From the IMG/VR virus record IMGVR_UViG_3300047548_001236, positions 186,001 to 250,000 of that record: 64,000 bases of DNA; one strand, given 5' to 3'. The translations under genes were made by a program, and so were the position numbers. The stretch's first letter is position 1. Each line of letters starts with the position of its first letter. Under the pieces are notes generated by a model, which saw nothing but the letters and a program-made list of their open reading frames with translations, was not told the origin of the DNA and did no database searches. Positions 59,741 through 64,000 of this stretch are shown piece after piece.

Positions 59741-59769
59741 GATATAGGATTAAAACGTAGTGAAGTCAA
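59741..59769 (-). promoter_or_regulatory. sigma70-type early promoter
   Basis: TTGACT-N17-TATATC. Confidence 0.8.
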
Positions 59770-59776
59770 CCAGCTT

Positions 59777-60418
59777 TCACCGATTGACTTCAACTTCCAT
59801 GAAATAATTTGCAGAGCCTTCGTCGATAAGATCACGAATCTCATCAGCGGTATCAGTGATCGAGTACTTGTAGCTGGTCGAAGTGTACGATTTCTTTTTA
59901 CCTTCGATGATATCCAGCATCAGCCGCTTGAGAATGTGCCAGGTGTAGGAGAAGTCTGAGAACCAGATCTTCTCTTCGGCCAGCCGCAGCATCTGCTTGT
60001 CGACCCCTTTCGGAGCCCACCCTCGAGCAAACATCTCATCGAGATTATGGTCCCAACAGTGCTCCTTGACATAATCATTGACGAGGATTGCATAGTCGTT
60101 GTACTGATCAGCCAGTTTCTCAACCGAAATCACAAATGTATCGCTGGCACCCACATAGCTATGATCGCAGCAACGACATTCCGTGTAGACTGTCTCCGTG
60201 ATTGCGGCTCGTTGATCGCGGAAAGTCGTGGGATCGACGATGGGTAGTTGAGGAATATGTTTGTAAACTCCAAGGGTACGGAACCCCCAGGCAGTCAACA
60301 AACCGCTGCTATCCACATAACCGTTACGTTTCAGAGACCGAAGCGTCCGACCGTCAATTTGACCACCTCCGTGAATTGTTTGAAGGTGGGTGATGATCGC
60401 AGCGTTGTTCATTTTCAC
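59777..60418 (-). CDS. early hypothetical protein
   Basis: AAGGAG RBS after promoter. Confidence 0.65.
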   Translation of the reverse strand: MKMNNAAIITHLQTIHGGGQIDGRTLRSLKRNGYVDSSGLLTAWGFRTLGVYKHIPQLPIVDPTTFRDQRAAITETVYTECRCCDHSYVGASDTFVISVEKLADQYNDYAILVNDYVKEHCWDHNLDEMFARGWAPKGVDKQMLRLAEEKIWFSDFSYTWHILKRLMLDIIEGKKKSYTSTSYKYSITDTADEIRDLIDEGSANYFMEVEVNR

Positions 60419-60438
60419 ATTCTCCTTTTGTCTAAACA

Positions 60439-60467
60439 GATATAGGAGGGTTCGTATACAGATTCAA
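60439..60467 (-). promoter_or_regulatory. sigma70-type early promoter
   Basis: TTGAAT-N17-TATATC. Confidence 0.7.
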
Positions 60468-61080
60468 CAAGTATATTGTAAATGATCACCACTCAACCAC
60501 GTTGACACGGAACGATGCAAACGATGAGATGTCGATCACGCAATTGTGGATATTGATGTACCCATTACCATCGCTGCTGTTGAACACTTGTTTGATCAGG
60601 TTCTTAATCTGATCGATCCCCTCTTGAATCTGTTCAGCGTCAGCTTCATCATCGATGGGAGCTGTTTCAAGCAGCACCCAGTGGACACCACCATTCTTGA
60701 GAAGACCTTCGATGCTCAGCGATTTCTTTGCCATGATTCAGCTCCAATCCATTTCCACAAATTCGGTGCGACCACCGGGTTCAATGCGTTTGCCTTCAAC
60801 GATGATGGCAACGGGACCATTCCACTCGTACCACATACCATCGCGAACGGTTTCACGAGACGACCATCCAATATCACGGAAGTCGCCGATGCACAGACCA
60901 TACGCATAGCCAGATGCATCAATCACTTCGATAACTTCACCGGCCTTGATCTTTTCGATTGCTTCGGCCAGCAGTTGCTTCTTTTGTTGGTAGGCTTCGA
61001 TCATTGTGTTGTCTCCCATCGACAGCAAAGGTCCTGTCATCACTGCTCAGTCCTTTGCTGTCGTTGTAGGAGATATAGGA

Positions 61081-61731
61081 TCACTCTTCTGGAGTGTCAA
61101 CAGTCTCAATGACTTTTTTCTGAGCTTTTTTCTTAGCACCTTGTTGCTCAGACTTCTTTTGGCGAGCCTTGAGTCGCTTGATCACCTCATGACCATCCAT
61201 CCAGATGTCCTTGTTATTGAGGATGGATACGATTTCTTCTGGAGACAGGAAGTCGTTGTAGATCTCTTTGAGAAGACGCTCAGACCACTTGCGTTCATGC
61301 TGTAGCTGGTCGAACATCTCACCACCTTTACCAAACACGCCTGAGCTGTAGTTATGGAACATGAACATCGAATGCTCAGATACTTCGAATGTTTCAGCAC
61401 AAAGGAAAATCATGGTTGCCGCTGACATGCATGCACCTTCGACAGACATGATCACTGTTGCTGCAGTCTCTTGTAGCACTCTCATAAACTGAATTGCAGT
61501 GAACACATCACCGCCATATGAGTTGATGTAGATCTTGACAGCATCATTCTCACCAGCATGACGGATCGTATCGAACCATTGGATATATTCATCTGCTGAT
61601 TCAATATCACCGCTGAGGTAGAACTCGTGGACGTTGATGATAGGCTTTGTGAAGAACCTTTCATCCTGTTTTTGCGATTTCCCAAATATGTCCAGTAGGT
61701 CTAGCTTGCCGCCTGTTTTGTTATTCTTCAC
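61081..61731 (-). CDS. ClpP-like serine protease
   Basis: YINSYGGDV, G.CMSAAT (Ser), FMFH (His), D.W motifs. Confidence 0.85.
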   Translation of the reverse strand: MKNNKTGGKLDLLDIFGKSQKQDERFFTKPIINVHEFYLSGDIESADEYIQWFDTIRHAGENDAVKIYINSYGGDVFTAIQFMRVLQETAATVIMSVEGACMSAATMIFLCAETFEVSEHSMFMFHNYSSGVFGKGGEMFDQLQHERKWSERLLKEIYNDFLSPEEIVSILNNKDIWMDGHEVIKRLKARQKKSEQQGAKKKAQKKVIETVDTPEE

Positions 61732-61744
61732 GTTGATGTCCTTC

Positions 61745-62317
61745 TCAGAAGTTGTGATTTTCTTTATATTGCTTGAGCCACTTCAACGCGGCTTCTCTCT
61801 CTCTTTCCCAACGGGGAATGTGTATGTCCCAACCAACAGAGTCAGGCCATGTATCCGATTTTTTATATTCCGGGATTTTCTCAAGATTGGCAATAGCTTC
61901 GTCAATGGTGAGGTTACCATCCTTACCAAATGCACCACGAACCTTGTAAGCGGGGTGCTTACCAAGCCCTTCAAGGGTACTGATCCCCAATGCTTCTTCG
62001 ACGTGACAACGGATACAGGAGCAGGGAACACATATACAATCACCCATATGTTCGGCGTTCAGATAACTGAGGAACGAGGTGACTTCTTCGGACTCGGTTG
62101 TCATGTTGCAGATGGGGCCCCATTTGGCGAGTTTATTACTGACAGCTTCGAGAGTCGGGATGTTGTCTTTATCGATTTTGCCATCGAGCCACATATGGAC
62201 GGAACATAGAATTTCAGTATATTCTTCATTTTGTAAGTAGAGAACGACACGTTCCTTGTCACGTTCGTCGACCTCTATAGTAGTGTTGAATGGGTTTGGT
62301 TGCCAGTTAATTTTCAT
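61745..62317 (-). CDS. hypothetical protein with His/Cys cluster
   Basis: HMGDC...PCSCIRC; GGAG RBS before MKINWQ. Confidence 0.6.
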   Translation of the reverse strand: MKINWQPNPFNTTIEVDERDKERVVLYLQNEEYTEILCSVHMWLDGKIDKDNIPTLEAVSNKLAKWGPICNMTTESEEVTSFLSYLNAEHMGDCICVPCSCIRCHVEEALGISTLEGLGKHPAYKVRGAFGKDGNLTIDEAIANLEKIPEYKKSDTWPDSVGWDIHIPRWEREREAALKWLKQYKENHNF

Positions 62318-64000
62318 TCGTCGTATATCTCCAGTCTCGCTTGCTTTGCACGGTATCCTCCGTCGTGCCAACGTTGGATGCGAATCGACAGTTCGCCCTC
62401 ATCTAAAGGTACAAGATTAGTTTGGCAGTGCTTTCTCCAGGCTTGTCTAGCTGTCTGAGCAAACGTGCCGTGACTCATTTCGGGCCAGATTTTGTCTTTA
62501 TGTTTGACGTCCCACGGAGAAAGTGGAGGTACAATCACCCACCCATCGAGATAGTATGTTTTGGTTTCATTTGGTTTCGTCATATGGTGTCACCTCAAAA
62601 CGGCAATGCGATAGCCACTGCGGCTCTATATACTGTTTGGCTACTTCATGGAATCGTTCTTTCCATCTCTCAACACCTTCATCTGACAGACGACTAAACG
62701 TATAGTCTACTTTATGCGGAGGAACGATGGATCTCCAGAACACCTTTTCGTAATTCTGGGTGATTAGGATTCTCTCAATGTTTGACAGAGCTTCATCGCC
62801 TGTAAACGGAATAGTCACTTTCAGCTTGTTACTTGGCATCCCAATAGTCCTTTGGCATATTGGTCCAAGGAGTAGACCAGTAGAACACGATCCAGTACAG
62901 ATTCAATTGAGCGTGAGGGCAATCGTACCAAAACTTGTGTAGGCCAAACACAGGCCATCCTAGCACTGTTTTGAACCAACCATCATCCGAGCTTTTTCTC
63001 AATGCATCGCGCATCTCTTTATCGATTCGACCGACTTTGAAGTAGTAGAAGTAGTGATCAGTGCCGAGTGTCTTCTCGGTCTGGTAGAATTCAATCCCTT
63101 CACGGACGATCTTAAAATTCCAGGGATACTGTTTCAACTTTCCTGATCCTTCTTTGAACTCATCGTATTGAGGTAAAGCTCGTATGCAGACTCGCACGCA
63201 TCACATTGTTTACCATCTACTTCTCCATAACCACCATTACAGGTGTTGTTTCCACACTTACCGCATATGACAACGTCGTGCTCACATAAACTACAGTAGT
63301 CCCAGTAATGATTCATCATCAGTCCTTTTCATACACATAAAACGTTGGCTCGTAATCAAGCTCGAACGAGAAGTCGGTGGGTTTGTTAACGCCCTGCTGT
63401 TTGACTCGAACAGTAGACTTGCCGTTATCGTTACGCATCCACTCCCAACCATCCATGTTGCTGTGAGCATATTGAAGGAACTTTTCAGCGACCAACGACT
63501 CCCACCCAGGGTATTCCATCATTGTCCAGTGCTCATCGTCGTCATCTTCATCGCCGACAATCCAAGCCTGATACTCAACCTGCGAGCCCATCAATACACC
63601 TCTCTATGATTCGTATGTTCTACAAATCCACACAACGCGCATGTTCTAACGTCGTAATAACCGTCAAGTCTTCCATATTCATCATCTGTTGACTTATGCT
63701 GGACATTGACAAAGTTGTCGGGGTGAGGACACGCAGCCTGAAAATCTTTAATCTCCTGACGAAGACCTTTGATCGCTTGCTCGTGATCCTCTATATCTTT
63801 ATATATCTGAACCAACGGTCTCTTTGCTTTAACCATTCTTCTTTTTCTCCAATCGGTAGGCGCCTTCTGGCTTATCAAGGGATGCAAGAAAATCGTCGAA
63901 CATGTCAGGAGACATAACGATTTCAACATGATTGTCGATATCCTCATTCCATTGACGAATGATAATACAGTCATCGTATAGGTTAAACGTCACGTCTTCA

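Noticed and set aside
1-64000. tRNA/rRNA genes
   Set aside because: No cloverleaf with T-loop/D-loop consensus was recognised in the short intergenic gaps; a tRNAscan-SE run would be definitive

Overview
This window is a 64-kb segment of a large T4-like (myovirus-type) phage genome. Most genes lie on the minus strand behind sigma70-type early promoters (TTGAC-N17-cTATAT, resembling the alphaproteobacterial consensus), and there are also T4-type late promoters (TATAAATA). Recognisable DNA-related genes encode RNase H, DNA ligase, a Dda-like helicase, and RuvC-like and PD-(D/E)XK nucleases. Other genes encode PhoH, PAAR, glutaredoxin, two HAD nucleotidases, two RNA ligases, a Thg1-like enzyme, an Acb1/gp57B-like 2H phosphodiesterase, a small alarmone hydrolase, a YhhQ-type preQ transporter, ClpB-like and ClpP-like proteins, three free-standing endonucleases, and a four-gene NAD salvage set (PnuC, NadR-like, NadM-Nudix, NadV). 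Three observations stand out. (1) A two-hairpin RNA motif with invariant loops (AGAGA and GGAGU, the latter being the Shine-Dalgarno) but different, still-pairing stems sits directly before three NAD-salvage genes; it is a candidate translational regulon or riboswitch-like element. (2) A 12-kb late operon on the opposite strand encodes seven His-rich proteins. Six have T4 internal-protein-like capsid-targeting N-termini, and five of these share a conserved ~245-aa domain fused to variable HEAT/LRV-like repeats. (3) A metallophosphoesterase gene is split by an HNH endonuclease, has a duplicated 5' end and carries a 12-nt UAG-containing insert inside a long hairpin, reminiscent of the T4 mobA/gene 60 bypass cassette. 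No tRNA, rRNA or CRISPR array was recognised. All family calls come from reading motifs by eye; no database searches were run.
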